Assembly (NCBI GenBank): GCA_963701965.1
Contig: OY969695.1
Span: forward strand, 4,704,001-4,768,000
DNA length: 64,000 nucleotides
Reading direction: 5' to 3'
Source of the DNA: an uncultured Gemmatimonadales bacterium
GTDB lineage: Bacteria; Gemmatimonadota; Gemmatimonadetes; Gemmatimonadales; Gemmatimonadaceae
Below, in pieces: positions 1 to 11,142 of the stretch. The notes under the pieces are model-generated. The model saw nothing but the letters and a program-made list of their open reading frames with translations. It ran no database searches and was not told where the DNA came from. The position numbers and the translations under genes are program-made. The first letter of the stretch is position 1, and the number at the start of each line of letters is the position of its first letter.

Positions 1-500
1 TCCGCCGCCAGACTGGCGTGGTACAGGGGCTCGCCACGATAGACGCCCATCGCCTCGCCATGCGATGGCCCGCTCGTGAACATCAGCGCGGCGCCGGGCG
101 CGGCGTGTTGGCGGAAGATCGGGAACATGCCGCGCTGGTCATCGCCCGACAGGTGAAAAAAACTGTCCCACGCCAGGAGCCCGTAGAACGCCGTGTCCAG
201 CGCGAGCACGCGCATATCCGCGGTATGCCACTGCCGATCGGGAAACCGATCGCGACAGACGGAGATCAGTGTCGGGGATGCATCGACACCGTCGACCGCG
301 AATCCCTTGTCCAGGAGATGTCGCGCGATGGGCTCACCGGACCCGCAACCAATGTCCAGTATCGTCGCCCCTCGCGGGAGGAGCGCAATGAATCGCTCGA
401 GCCAATCGCCTTCGTTCCCGACCTGCCGCCCGCGATCGGCAACGTAGTCCCGCGCGTGTCGCTCGTAGAGGTCGATGATGCGGCCAGCGTGTGGATTCAC
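1..500 (-). CDS. Class I SAM-dependent methyltransferase (3' end outside window)
   Basis: Manual translation from GTG at 500: MNPHAGRIIDLYERHARDY...WLERFIALLPRGATILDIGCGSGEPIARHL (motif I LDIGCGSG). GTGA overlap with the upstream stop codon. Not in the ORF track. Confidence 0.85.
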   Translation of the reverse strand, partial: MNPHAGRIIDLYERHARDYVADRGRQVGNEGDWLERFIALLPRGATILDIGCGSGEPIARHLLDKGFAVDGVDASPTLISVCRDRFPDRQWHTADMRVLALDTAFYGLLAWDSFFHLSGDDQRGMFPIFRQHAAPGAALMFTSGPSHGEAMGVYRGEPLYHASLAA

Positions 501-781
501 CGTTTTTTCTTATCGATCGTAAACCCGAGCTTCTCCAGCACCCGGACCGCACCGGTCTTCCCGCCCTCGAAGTCGCCGGAGTCCAGTCGCTGGCCCGTCG
601 CCAGCTCGTACGCGGTGCCCAAAATGGCTTTCGGCGGATAACGCCGGGTGCCCCTGACCAACTCGTACGTCGTGGTCGGAGCGAAACCGTGCTCGGCGAA
701 AAACTTCTCCGGACCCAGGTCGTCGTACTCGTCCAGTGCGCGCAATACGTCACAATGGGTCACGTCATCCCAGTCCAACAT
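497..781 (-). CDS. Stand-alone ScoMcrA-like N-terminal head-domain protein (94 aa)
   Basis: VLRALDEYDDLGPEKFFAEHGF...YPPKAILGTAY...FEGGKTGAVRVLEKLGFTI resembles, from recall, the head domain of the type IV restriction enzyme ScoMcrA. Confidence 0.65.
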   Translation of the reverse strand: MLDWDDVTHCDVLRALDEYDDLGPEKFFAEHGFAPTTTYELVRGTRRYPPKAILGTAYELATGQRLDSGDFEGGKTGAVRVLEKLGFTIDKKKR

Positions 782-819
782 GACAGCCTCCCTCCCTGAC
801 TATTGTTGTCTGTAATACT

Positions 820-1299
820 ATGGAAAGAATGCTCCGTTCTGCGCGCTACACCCTGCTGCCGCTCCGCTTGATTGTCGGCGTCGGCTTTGTTGCCCACGGA
901 CTCGCGAAGTGGCACCGCGGTCCGGAGCACTTTGCCGCGTTGCTCCAGTTCGCCGGCGTCCCGCTGCCTTCGGTGATGGCCTGGATCGGCATAGGCACCG
1001 AGCTCCTCGGCGGGGCGGCCGTGTTGGTGGGAATCGGGATGCCGATCGTGTGTCTGGCGCTCATCGGGATGATGCTGGTCGCGACCCTGTCCGTTCAGAT
1101 CCACTACGGGTTCAGCACGATCAACACCATCGGCCTCACGGCCGCGGGGCCGCAGTTCGGCCCGCCCGGGTATGAGATCAATCTCCTCTACATCGGGGCC
1201 CTGCTCGCGCTGGGAGTCAGCGAGCCCACCGTCCTGTCAGTCGATCGGTATCTTGCCCGGCCCAATCGACCGACTACAACCGTTTCTGCTCGGCCGTAG
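820..1299 (+). CDS. DoxX family membrane protein
   Basis: [21 protein letters not shown] and GYEINLLY motifs; several hydrophobic segments. Confidence 0.9.
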   Translation: MERMLRSARYTLLPLRLIVGVGFVAHGLAKWHRGPEHFAALLQFAGVPLPSVMAWIGIGTELLGGAAVLVGIGMPIVCLALIGMMLVATLSVQIHYGFSTINTIGLTAAGPQFGPPGYEINLLYIGALLALGVSEPTVLSVDRYLARPNRPTTTVSARP

Positions 1300-1351
1300 C
1301 TATTTTACGAGAGATACCGGAAGATCACCGTCCAGCAGTCGAGGCACGGCA

Positions 1352-4300
1352 ATGGCCCCAGTCACCGCGAGTCCGTCACACCGTCCGATCGTCGCCGGCG
1401 CCCCCAAACCCGGGGTCTACACCGCGAACTACAAGATCCGTATCGTCACGGCCGCATCGCTGTTCGACGGACATGATGCCGCCATCAACGTCATGCGACG
1501 CATCCTGCAGGCGAGCGGGGCCGAAGTCATTCACTTGGGTCACGATCGCTCGGTCGACGAAGTGGTGAACTGCGCGATCCAGGAGGACGTCAACGCGATC
1601 GCGATGACGTCGTACCAGGGCGGCCACGTCGAATATCTCAAGTACATGCACGACCGCCTCGAGAACGAAGGCTGTGGACACATTCGGATCTTCGCCGGCG
1701 GTGGCGGCGTCATCCTCCCGGACGAGATTGCCGACCTGCACGCCTACGGCATCGAGCACGTGTATACCCCGGACGACGGCCGCGCCATGGGCCTCCAAGG
1801 GATGATCAACGATCTCCTGCGCCGTAGCGATTTCGCCACCGGCCGCGATATCGGGCCACCCGATGTGGAGCGCGCGCGGCAGCGCGATCCGCGCGCCATC
1901 GCGCGACTCATTTCGGCCGCCGAGAACTGGCGCGACGAATACGCGAGAATATTGGACGCGGTGCGCGGCGAGGCGGCCGACCGGGCGACCCCAGTGCTGG
2001 GCATCACCGGCACTGGCGGCGCCGGGAAATCATCCTTGGTCGACGAGCTCGTTCGCCGCTTCCTGCTCGACTTTCCCGACCGGACCATCGGCATCGTGTC
2101 CGTCGATCCCAGCAAGCGCAAGACCGGCGGCGCCCTGCTCGGCGACCGGATCCGCATGAACGCGATCCACAACCCGCGCGTCTACATGCGATCCCTCGCC
2201 ACCCGCCAGGCCAACCTGGCCCTTTCCGGCCACGTGCGCGATGCGGTCGCCACGCTCAAGTTCGCCGGCTTCGACCTGGTCATCCTCGAAACGTCAGGCA
2301 TCGGGCAATCCGACACGGAAATCGTCGATCATTCGGATGTGTCGCTGTACGTCATGACGCCCGACTACGGCGCCGCGACCCAGCTCGAGAAGATCGACAT
2401 GCTCGATTTCGCGGACGTCGTGGCCCTCAACAAATTCGATAAGCGCGGGGCGCTCGACGCCCTGCGCGACGTGCGCAAGCAATACCAGCGCAACCACAAG
2501 CAGTTCGACCTCCCGGTCGACCAAATGCCGGTGGTCGGCACCATCGCGTCCCAATTCAACGATCCGGGCACGACGCGCCTCTATCGCGCGCTGATGGATC
2601 GGATCGTCCAGAAATGTCAGGCGCCGTTTGTGTCCTCACTCGGCGCCGGCGTCGACGATCCGGAAAAGATCAACATCATTCCGCCGGAGCGGAGCCGCTA
2701 CCTCTCCGAGATCACCGAGACCATACGCCGGTACAACGCGTGGGCGGTCGACCAGAGCACGGTCGCGCACCAGCTCCAATCCGTCATCGAGGCCGAGCGG
2801 GTCGTCGGCGACGCACCGGCCCTGACCGCAAAACGCGCCGAGCTGGAGCGACGGCTCGATGGCGACAACCGGGCCCTGCTCGCCGACTGGGAACCGCACC
2901 GCGCGAAATACGAGGGTGACGAGTACGTCTACCAAGTGCGCGGCAAAGACATCCGTGTCCCGCTGACCAGCGAGAGTCTTTCTCATCTCCCGGTCCCCAA
3001 GGTGGCCCTGCCATCGTATACGGGATGGGGCGATATCCTGAAGTGGAGCCTGCAGGAGAACGTCCCGGGCGCGTTTCCGTATACCGCCGGCGTCTTCCCC
3101 TTCAAGCGCGAAGGGGAGGATCCGACGCGGATGTTCGCGGGCGAAGGGGGTCCCGAGCGCACGAACCGGCGCTTCCACTACGTGTCGGCCGGACTCCCCG
3201 CGCGCCGGCTGTCTACCGCGTTCGACTCGGTGACGCTCTACGGCAACGACCCCGCCGTCCGTCCTGACATTTATGGAAAGATCGGTAACGCCGGCGTCTC
3301 GGTGTGCTGTCTCGATGACGCGAAGAAACTCTATTCCGGGTTCGACCTCGCCGACCCCAAGACATCGGTGTCGATGACGATCAACGGCCCGGCCCCGATG
3401 CTGACCGGCTTCTTCATGAACGCCGCCATCGACCAGCAGTGCGAGCGGTACATCCTGGCACACGGGCTCGCCGACGAGGTGAACCGCAAGATCGACGCGC
3501 GCTTCGCCGCGTTGGGGTTGGAGCGCCCGCGCTACGATGGTCCCCTCCCCGCGGGGAACGACGGTCTCGGCCTCATGTTGCTGGGCGTGACCGGTGACAT
3601 GGTGCTGCCGCGCGACGTCTACGATCGCATCAAGGCGGACACCATCTCGAAAGTCCGCGGCACCGTCCAAGCCGACATCCTCAAGGAAGACCAGGCCCAG
3701 AACACCTGCATCTTCTCGACCGAGTTCTCGCTCAAGCTCATGGGCGACATGCAGGAGTACTTCACGCACCACAATGTGCGGAACTTCTACTCCGTGTCGA
3801 TCTCCGGCTATCACATCGCCGAAGCGGGCGCGACGCCGGTCAGCCAATTGGCGTTCACGCTGGCCAACGGGTTCACGTACGTCGAGTACTACCTGGCGCG
3901 TGGCCTCCCCATCGACAGTTTCGCGCCTAATCTCTCGTTCTTCTTCTCCAACGGGACCGATCCGGAGTATGCGGTGATCGGCCGCGTCGCCCGCCGGATC
4001 TGGGCCAAGGCGCTCAAGCTCAAGTACGGCGCCGCCGCCCGCTCGCAGATGCTCAAGTACCACGTGCAGACGAGCGGTCGATCGCTCCACGCCCAGGAAA
4101 TCTCGTTCAACGACATCCGGACTACGTTGCAGGCGTTGTACGCGATCTTCGACAACTGCAACTCGCTCCATACGAACGCGTACGATGAAGCCATCACCAC
4201 CCCCACGGAAGAAAGCGTGCGCCGGGCGATGGCCATTCAGCTGATCATCAACCACGAGTTCGGGTTGGCGAAGAACCAGAACCCGCTCCAGGGATCATTC

Positions 4301-4756
4301 ATCATCGAGCGACTGACCGATCTCGTGGAAGAGGCCGTCCTGCAGGAGTTCGATCGCATCAATGAGCGGGGCGGCGTCCTCGGCGCCATGGAAACGATGT
4401 ATCAGCGCGGCAAGATCCAGGAAGAGTCGCTCCACTATGAAACCCTGAAGCACACGGGCGAGCTGCCGGTGATCGGAGTCAACACGTTCCTGTCGTCCGA
4501 CGGCTCGCCGACCGTCTTGCCGCGGGAAGTCATTCGATCGACGCAGGAAGAAAAAGACGGTCAGATCGCCACCGTCGCGGCCGTCCAGGCCCGTTACGAG
4601 GCCGAACGACCGGCGGCGCTGGAACGGCTACGGCAGGCGGCCCTGCACAATGCCAACGTGTTCGAGGAGCTCATGGAGACGACGAAGGTGTGCACGCTCG
4701 GCGAAATTGGGCACGCGTTGTTCGCCGTCGGCGGGCAATATCGTCGCAACATGTAA
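1352..4756 (+). CDS. icmF: Fused isobutyryl-CoA mutase (B12-binding domain, MeaI GTPase, mutase barrel)
   Basis: [10 protein letters not shown]12-binding motif, [10 protein letters not shown]-loop, [14 protein letters not shown]. Start placed at ATG 1352. Confidence 0.95.
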   Translation: MAPVTASPSHRPIVAGAPKPGVYTANYKIRIVTAASLFDGHDAAINVMRRILQASGAEVIHLGHDRSVDEVVNCAIQEDVNAIAMTSYQGGHVEYLKYMHDRLENEGCGHIRIFAGGGGVILPDEIADLHAYGIEHVYTPDDGRAMGLQGMINDLLRRSDFATGRDIGPPDVERARQRDPRAIARLISAAENWRDEYARILDAVRGEAADRATPVLGITGTGGAGKSSLVDELVRRFLLDFPDRTIGIVSVDPSKRKTGGALLGDRIRMNAIHNPRVYMRSLATRQANLALSGHVRDAVATLKFAGFDLVILETSGIGQSDTEIVDHSDVSLYVMTPDYGAATQLEKIDMLDFADVVALNKFDKRGALDALRDVRKQYQRNHKQFDLPVDQMPVVGTIASQFNDPGTTRLYRALMDRIVQKCQAPFVSSLGAGVDDPEKINIIPPERSRYLSEITETIRRYNAWAVDQSTVAHQLQSVIEAERVVGDAPALTAKRAELERRLDGDNRALLADWEPHRAKYEGDEYVYQVRGKDIRVPLTSESLSHLPVPKVALPSYTGWGDILKWSLQENVPGAFPYTAGVFPFKREGEDPTRMFAGEGGPERTNRRFHYVSAGLPARRLSTAFDSVTLYGNDPAVRPDIYGKIGNAGVSVCCLDDAKKLYSGFDLADPKTSVSMTINGPAPMLTGFFMNAAIDQQCERYILAHGLADEVNRKIDARFAALGLERPRYDGPLPAGNDGLGLMLLGVTGDMVLPRDVYDRIKADTISKVRGTVQADILKEDQAQNTCIFSTEFSLKLMGDMQEYFTHHNVRNFYSVSISGYHIAEAGATPVSQLAFTLANGFTYVEYYLARGLPIDSFAPNLSFFFSNGTDPEYAVIGRVARRIWAKALKLKYGAAARSQMLKYHVQTSGRSLHAQEISFNDIRTTLQALYAIFDNCNSLHTNAYDEAITTPTEESVRRAMAIQLIINHEFGLAKNQNPLQGSFIIERLTDLVEEAVLQEFDRINERGGVLGAMETMYQRGKIQEESLHYETLKHTGELPVIGVNTFLSSDGSPTVLPREVIRSTQEEKDGQIATVAAVQARYEAERPAALERLRQAALHNANVFEELMETTKVCTLGEIGHALFAVGGQYRRNM

Positions 4757-7408
4757 TCACTCCGCCCGCATCGTCGTCGCGGGATCCACCCGCGACGCGC
4801 GATACGCCGGGACACTCGTGGCCACAACCGACACGCCGGCCAGGAGCGCGAGCACGCCCAGGTAGGTGACGGGGTCGAGGCGCGACACGCCGTAGAGGAG
4901 CGTGACGATGGCATGACTCGCCAACGCCGCGCCGCTCACGCCGATCGCCACGCCGAGCCCCGTAAGGGTCAGCCCTTGGCGCATGATCAGGCGGAGCAGT
5001 TGGGCCTGTGATGCGCCGAGTGCCGACCGCACCCCGATCTCGCGCACGCGCTCGGTCACGCTGCCGGACAGGACGCCGTAAAGGCCAATCGCCGCCAACA
5101 CCAAGGCAACGACGCCAAACGCCTCGAACACGACGAGCGCGAATCGCCGCGAAGCGGCCGACGCCGCGACCAGCCCGTCCATCGTGATGACCCGCGCGAT
5201 CGGCTGATCCTTATCCACCGACCAGATCGCGGCCTTGATCGCCGGCGTCAGGGCGCCCTCGGACTCGCGGGTGCGGACGACCAGCGAGAACCGGCTGTCC
5301 ACCCACGCCCACTGCGCGGGCGTCATGTACACGGCGTCGACTTCGCTCACCGCCAGCGACGTCTGCTTGACGTCACCGACTACGCCGACCACGGTGGCCC
5401 ACGCCGTGTCCGGCCCAAAGCGCAAGCGCTGCCCGATCGGGTCGATCCCCGGATAGTTGCGTCGGGCGAACAATGCACTGACCATCACGACCTTTGGCCG
5501 CCCAGCGACATCGTGGTCGTCGAGTAGCCGCCCGCGCCGCAACGGAATGCCCATGGCGTCCGTGTAGCCCGGCGTCACCGCGTAGCGCATGGCGTTGCGG
5601 TCGCCCTCGGGATTGTCGGATGGACTGGATTCGAGGTGGGCGCCGTATCCATCAATGTCCCCACTCAGCGGGAGCTGGCTGGTGAACGCCGCCGCAGTCA
5701 CGCCAGGCACGCGTCGCACGGCATCGAGGGCTTGGGTGAAAAACCGATAGCGCGCGACATCGTCGCGATACTGGGGGCCGGCGACCTGCACTTGCATGGT
5801 CAAGAGCCGGGAGGCATCGAACCCCGGGGAAATCGCGAACAGCCGCTCCAGGCTGCGCAACAGGAGCCCGGCGCCGACGAGCAACATGAACGCCAACGCC
5901 ACCTCGGCGACCACCAGCACACCGCGCGTATTCCGTCCCCCGCCGGCGGAGCGCCGCGAGCTGCGCTGAAGGGCGGTGTGCATGTCCCTGCCGCGCGCCT
6001 GCAGCGCCGGAATCAACCCGACGGCCATGCCACTGAGCGTGGTCAGACCCAATGCGAACACGAACACGCCGCCGCTCAATCGAATGGCGTTCACCCGCGG
6101 CAACTCGGGCGGGCTGAGTGCCACCAACGCGCGCACGCCGATCTGCGCGAGCAGGAGTCCGAGCACGCCGCCGACCAGGGCCAGGACGAGACTCTCGGTC
6201 AGCAGTTGACGCATCAGTCGCAGGCGCCCGGCGCCGAGCGCGGTGCGCATCGCCAACTCGCCCCGGCGCTGGACGCCGCGAGCGAGCAACAGGTTGGTGA
6301 CGTTCACGCAGGCGATCAGCAGCACGAGTACCACGCCACCGAGGATGGCGAGCAGCGCCGGCCTGACGGCGGCGGTAATGTCGTCGCGCAACGGATGCAG
6401 CATGAGACCATCACTGAGCGACGCCCAGGCCGGCCTGGTCAACTCCGGCACCGGCGTGCGGGCGATCCTTTGCAGCTCGCGCCGGGCCTGGTCGGCGGCG
6501 ACGCCCTGCCGCAACCGGCCCACCATGATCAGGTGATGCCCCCACTCGACGCCCTGAATCGAGGGCAGGGACGCGTTGTACTGCAATAGCGACCAGACCT
6601 CGGCCGACGGCGCGAGGACGTTTTCGAACGTCTTCGGCATCACGCCGATCACGACGTAGCTGTCGCCGTTCAGTCGCACCGGGCGTCCAACGATCGTGGG
6701 GTCGGCGCCCAGGCGTCGCCGCCACAGCGCGTCGCTGACGATCACCACGTGGGGACCGCCGATCCGGTCATCGCCGGCGTCGAAGTCGTGCCCGAGTTGG
6801 GGCGCCACCCCCAACGTCTGGAAATATTTCGCGCTGACGCGTTGGCCATCCAGCCGCTCGGGCTCGGCCAGACCGCTAAAGGTTGGTTGCCACCCCCTCA
6901 TGACCGCGAGCGCGGAGAACGACCGGCTCCGCGTCGCCAGCTCCCGGTAGGTCCCGAACGTGACGTCGAACCGTTCGCCGTCGGGACCGTAATCCGAGAC
7001 CATCACAATGCGGCCCGGCTCCGTGTACGGGAGCGGCTGAAAGAGGATCGGATCGACCGCGCCGAAAATCGCGGTCGTCGCGCCGATGCCGATCGCCAGG
7101 GTCAGCACGGTCACCGTCGAAAAGCCCGGCGCGCCCAGGAGTCGCCGGACGGCGTATCGGAAATCGGCGACGACAGAATCGACGACGTGCTCCCATCCGT
7201 AGGCGCGCACCTCGTCGTGGACCGCCGACGCCGAGCCCAGTTCGCGCCGGGCGGCGCGCACGGCCTCGTCGCGCGACAGGCCCCGCGCTTCATGGGCGGC
7301 GATTGCTTGCTCGAAATAGTGCCGCACCTCGTCCGCCAGGTCCCGGGCGGCGGCCGACCGGTGAGTCAGTCCGCGCAGGCCGTGGGTGAGCTGGCGCCAG
7401 AGTGACAC
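4757..7408 (-). CDS. ADOP-family duplicated MacB/FtsX-type ABC permease
   Basis: Two MacB-PCD/FtsX halves, LLIACVNVTNLLLAR, REIGVRSALGA, C-terminal RVDPATTMRAE; directly downstream of padR. Confidence 0.92.
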   Translation of the reverse strand: MSLWRQLTHGLRGLTHRSAAARDLADEVRHYFEQAIAAHEARGLSRDEAVRAARRELGSASAVHDEVRAYGWEHVVDSVVADFRYAVRRLLGAPGFSTVTVLTLAIGIGATTAIFGAVDPILFQPLPYTEPGRIVMVSDYGPDGERFDVTFGTYRELATRSRSFSALAVMRGWQPTFSGLAEPERLDGQRVSAKYFQTLGVAPQLGHDFDAGDDRIGGPHVVIVSDALWRRRLGADPTIVGRPVRLNGDSYVVIGVMPKTFENVLAPSAEVWSLLQYNASLPSIQGVEWGHHLIMVGRLRQGVAADQARRELQRIARTPVPELTRPAWASLSDGLMLHPLRDDITAAVRPALLAILGGVVLVLLIACVNVTNLLLARGVQRRGELAMRTALGAGRLRLMRQLLTESLVLALVGGVLGLLLAQIGVRALVALSPPELPRVNAIRLSGGVFVFALGLTTLSGMAVGLIPALQARGRDMHTALQRSSRRSAGGGRNTRGVLVVAEVALAFMLLVGAGLLLRSLERLFAISPGFDASRLLTMQVQVAGPQYRDDVARYRFFTQALDAVRRVPGVTAAAFTSQLPLSGDIDGYGAHLESSPSDNPEGDRNAMRYAVTPGYTDAMGIPLRRGRLLDDHDVAGRPKVVMVSALFARRNYPGIDPIGQRLRFGPDTAWATVVGVVGDVKQTSLAVSEVDAVYMTPAQWAWVDSRFSLVVRTRESEGALTPAIKAAIWSVDKDQPIARVITMDGLVAASAASRRFALVVFEAFGVVALVLAAIGLYGVLSGSVTERVREIGVRSALGASQAQLLRLIMRQGLTLTGLGVAIGVSGAALASHAIVTLLYGVSRLDPVTYLGVLALLAGVSVVATSVPAYRASRVDPATTMRAE

Positions 7409-7411
7409 GGC

Positions 7412-7747
7412 TCAACCCTCGGCGTTGAGCAGCCGGGAAACGGCGGCGATCCGACGCGCCCAGTCCGACGTCTCGGTCTCGAGTTGTTTGCGGCCGCCGC
7501 GCGTCAGTGCGTAGATCCGCGCGCGCCGCGCGTTCTCGGTCTGACGCCACTCGGCGTCCAACCACCCGGCGCGCTCCAGGCGGCGCAGGGCGGTGAGGAG
7601 TGATCCCGGGTTGACCTTGAACACGCCGCGGGATATCTGCTCAATGCGGCGTGCAATGCCAAAGCCGTGCATCGGCTCGAGGCTGAGCGTTTTGAGGATC
7701 AGCATGTCGAGCGTACCTTGGATGACGTCCGTGTTGGGCGAGTCCAT
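7412..7747 (-). CDS. PadR-family transcriptional regulator (ADOP-associated type)
   Basis: QGTLDMLILKTL..HGFGIARRI..PGSL..LERAGW..RRARIYALT. Confidence 0.93.
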   Translation of the reverse strand: MDSPNTDVIQGTLDMLILKTLSLEPMHGFGIARRIEQISRGVFKVNPGSLLTALRRLERAGWLDAEWRQTENARRARIYALTRGGRKQLETETSDWARRIAAVSRLLNAEG

Positions 7748-7752
7748 GGCCG

Positions 7753-7785
7753 AGCATAGCCACGCGTCCTCTTGATTGTCAAGAG
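7753..7785 (-). promoter_or_regulatory. Sigma70-type promoter of padR with overlapping palindromic operator
   Basis: TTGACA (7782-7777), 18 nt, TATGCT (7758-7753), 5 nt to ATG. Perfect inverted repeat CTCTTGA-N3-TCAAGAG at 7769-7785. Confidence 0.65.
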
Positions 7786-7817
7786 ATGAGCGTCATAAGG
7801 AGCCACGGGTGAGAAAC

Positions 7818-8738
7818 ATGTGGGATAGCCTGCGGCAGGACGCGCGGTTCGCGATCCGCCAACTGGCCAGCGCTCGATCGTTCGCCGTGGCCGCGGTCGG
7901 CACGTTGGCGATCGGTATCGGTGCCACCGTCGCGATGTTCAGTGTCGTCGAAGCCGTCATCCTGCGGCCGTTTCCGTTTGCCAGCCCGGATCGCGTGGTC
8001 AACCTGCATCCCGCCCGGGACGGCGTTCCGCTCACCGTGGCCTCGAATCTCGAGTTCGCCACGTGGCGTGCCCTGCCGCGCGGGTTCGACGGCGTGGCGG
8101 CTCTCTACTCCGGCCTGTCGTTCGTCCTCACGCGCGGGGACGCGCCCGAGTTCTACATTCCGTTCGAGCAAATGCCGCCGCCGCTGTGGAGCGCGATGCA
8201 GGGCTCGCTCACGATCGTCGCGCGCACCGCATCGGATCCCGCGACTATGGAGCGCGCGGTGCGCGGCGCGGTCGCGGCGTTCGATCCCAGCCTGCCGGTC
8301 GCCCAGGTGGCGACAATGGAGAGCTTGGTGGCCACGTCCCGTGCCTCAGCCCGATTCAACACGCTGCTCCTCTGCCTACTGGGCGCGATTGCCCTCGTGC
8401 TGGCCAGCGTGGGGGTCTACGGCGTGATCGCGTATTCCGTCACGCAGCGCACCCGCGAGATCGGACTCCGCATGGCCTTGGGCGCGACGCCCCGGACGAT
8501 CGCGGCGCTCGTCGCCCGCCAAGGGCTCACTCCGATCGCCGCCGGCGCGGTGATCGGAGGCGCGCTCTCCGTGCTCACGACCCGCCTCCTTCGCGAACAA
8601 CTCTATGGCGTGGCACCCGGAGACCCGGCGACGATCATCGCGATCGCTGGCCTATTGATGGTGGTATCGCTGGTGGCGGCGTGTGTCCCGACGCGCCGCG
8701 CGATGGCGATCTCGCCGGTGACCGCACTGACCACGTAA
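7818..8738 (+). pseudogene. ADOP permease with a large in-frame internal deletion
   Basis: The N-terminus (LRQDARFAIRQL..TLAIGIGAT) is fused at ...RGDAPE/FYIP (about 8145-8150) to the last periplasmic part and FtsX domain; about 306 aa versus about 880-910 aa for the paralogs in this window. Confidence 0.75.
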
Positions 8739-8897
8739 AGCAGTCGTTGCTGGTCGAGTAGGGCGGGTTTCGGCAAAGCATGTTGCGATAACGACTTACG
8801 ATCGCCTGATTGGGAGCCGGATCGCGGTGATTCCGAGCGGCCTGCCGATTGAGGCGGTCGAACGTTGCCTCGACGGCCCGCCTGCCGTCGGGATAGG

Positions 8898-11036
8898 ATG
8901 TCCCGCCGCATCCTCACCGGGTTTCTGCTCGGCCTCCTCGTGCTGACCACGGCCGCGCTGCTGCTCGCCCGGAGCGTCGTGATGCTCAGTGGCGAGCGGA
9001 CGCTGGCCAAGGGCGCGCGCAATGAGCTCGAGGCCCTCATCTCGTTCCTGGCCACAGCGGAGGGAGCGGAGACCGGCCAGCGGGGCTACTTGCTCACCGG
9101 TGACACGACCTACCTGGCGCCGTACAACGAAGCGCGGCGGACGATGGACGAACGGGTCGCCAGACTGGAAGAGCTGACGGCGGACGATCCGACCCAACGC
9201 GCGGCGGTGGCCGCGATCCGGTCTCACATGGACGTCAAGATGGTCGAGTTGGCCGAGACGATCCGTCTGCGCCGCCGGTCGCCGGAGGCCGCGCGGGCGC
9301 TGATCCAGTCGGGAGTTGGAGAGCGCGAGATGGTGGAGGTGCGCCGCATGGTGGGCGCGCTCCGTCTCGAGGAGCGGAGCCGCCTCGATACGCACCTCCA
9401 CATCTACAGTAGTGGGGTCGCCCAGCTGATGGTGCAGATCGCCATCGCCATCGCCCTGCAATTCTTTCTGCTCGGCATCCTGCTCGTGCTCAGTCGGCGG
9501 GACCAGGCTTTTCGGGCCGCGGCCACGGTCCGTTTGACGAACGAGCGCGAATTCTTGAGGGCATTGCTCGACAGTTTGTCCGAGGGCGTGGCGGCGACGG
9601 ACCAGGACGCGCTCCCGACCCTGAGCAATCGCGCGTTCAGCGAGCTGTTTGGCGTCGACGCGCGGACGGCGAAGGACGCGGAGTGGGCCGACCTGCAGTC
9701 GCGCATTCGGCATCCCGGCGCGCTGGGCACGTCCGTGCCGACCTCCGCGCTTCCGCTGCGGCGCGTCGTACGCGGGGAGCACGTGGCCGGGGAGGCGCTG
9801 GCCCTCGTTCCGCCGGGGACCAAGGTCGGCAATGTGCCGGTATCGGGAATCCGCTACATCACGGCGAGCGGACGGCCGATCCTCGACGCATCGGGTGTGC
9901 GGGTCGGCGCCGTGGTCGCGTTCCGGGACACGACGCAGGAGCTGTTGGCCACCGGGGCGCTCCAGGCCAGCGAGGAGCGGTTTCGCCTGCTGTCGAACGC
10001 CGCGGCGGACGGGGTCATCGTGTCGCGGGACGGCATCATTTTGGAGGTGAACGCCGCGTGGTGCCGGATGTGCGCCGCGTCCGAGTCGACGCTGATTGGT
10101 TCGCAGCTCGTCGATCTGGTCAGCCCGCAGGATCGGGACGCGGTGGCGGGCATGGTGCGCGAGAACCGCACGGTCACCTATGCCCTGACCTTGCTGCGGA
10201 GCGATGGGACGACGTTCGACGGCGAGGTCGCGGCGCGACCCATCATGTTTCGTGGGGCGGCGGCCCGGATATCGGTCATCCGCGATGTCTCCGAGTGGAC
10301 GCGCGTCAATCGCCTCAAGAGCGAGTTTGTCTCCACGGTGTCGCACGAGCTGCGCACGCCGTTGACCTCGATCCACGGCGCGCTCGCGCTGGTCGGGAGC
10401 GGCTCGGTGGGCACGTTACCGCCCAAGGTCGCGCACCTCGTCACGATCGCCCGCAACAACTGCGAGCGATTGGTGCGACTGGTGAACGACATGCTGGATC
10501 TGGAGAAGATCGAGGCGGGGCGGCTCGAGCTCCGGCCGACCATGTTGAATCCGGTGGACGTGGTGCGGTCGACAGTGGATGGCATTCGCGCCATGGCCGA
10601 GGAATATCGCATGCGCCTCGACGAACGGGTGGACGCGCAGCGGACGTTCCTTGGGGATCGCGATCGGATCATTCAGGTGCTCACCAATCTGGTCTCCAAC
10701 GCCATCAAGTTCGCCCCGCCCGAGACCGTCGTCTCGGTCACGGCGACGCACGAGGACGGACCGGGGCCGGAGCGCGTGCGGTTTTCCGTGACCAACGAGG
10801 GTCCAGGGATCCAGCCCTCCGACGTCGCGCGCCTGTTCACGCGGTTCCAGCAACTCGACGGATCAGATGCCCGACATCGGGGTGGCACGGGCTTGGGACT
10901 CGCGATCAGCAAGGCGATCGTCGAGCAGCACGGCGGCGCGATCGGCGTGCATTCGGAGCCGGGTGCTCCCACGACGTTCTGGTTCGAGCTTCCCGCCACC
11001 CGCTCGACGGCATCGCTGGCCCAGCTGACGCGCTAG
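8898..11036 (+). CDS. CHASE3-PAS-PAS sensor histidine kinase
   Basis: AETGQRGYLLTGD (CHASE3), SHELRTPLTSI H-box, NLVSNAIKF, GGTGLGLAISK. Confidence 0.93.
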   Translation: MSRRILTGFLLGLLVLTTAALLLARSVVMLSGERTLAKGARNELEALISFLATAEGAETGQRGYLLTGDTTYLAPYNEARRTMDERVARLEELTADDPTQRAAVAAIRSHMDVKMVELAETIRLRRRSPEAARALIQSGVGEREMVEVRRMVGALRLEERSRLDTHLHIYSSGVAQLMVQIAIAIALQFFLLGILLVLSRRDQAFRAAATVRLTNEREFLRALLDSLSEGVAATDQDALPTLSNRAFSELFGVDARTAKDAEWADLQSRIRHPGALGTSVPTSALPLRRVVRGEHVAGEALALVPPGTKVGNVPVSGIRYITASGRPILDASGVRVGAVVAFRDTTQELLATGALQASEERFRLLSNAAADGVIVSRDGIILEVNAAWCRMCAASESTLIGSQLVDLVSPQDRDAVAGMVRENRTVTYALTLLRSDGTTFDGEVAARPIMFRGAAARISVIRDVSEWTRVNRLKSEFVSTVSHELRTPLTSIHGALALVGSGSVGTLPPKVAHLVTIARNNCERLVRLVNDMLDLEKIEAGRLELRPTMLNPVDVVRSTVDGIRAMAEEYRMRLDERVDAQRTFLGDRDRIIQVLTNLVSNAIKFAPPETVVSVTATHEDGPGPERVRFSVTNEGPGIQPSDVARLFTRFQQLDGSDARHRGGTGLGLAISKAIVEQHGGAIGVHSEPGAPTTFWFELPATRSTASLAQLTR

Positions 11037-11142
11037 CTACGCCGTCGCGAAGCCAAGGTCAACGCCGACGTGAACCGCCGTCCGGCGGCTCGCAACGGGA
11101 CGCAATTAGCCATTCGACTATATGCCGACTATATTCGATGGC

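Noticed and set aside
18..641. 207-aa plus-strand ORF
   Set aside because: Antisense shadow of the methyltransferase and the 94-aa gene.
8739..8897. Possible structured RNA or riboswitch upstream of the CHASE3 kinase
   Set aside because: Some hairpins can form, but there is no recognisable aptamer consensus or terminator.
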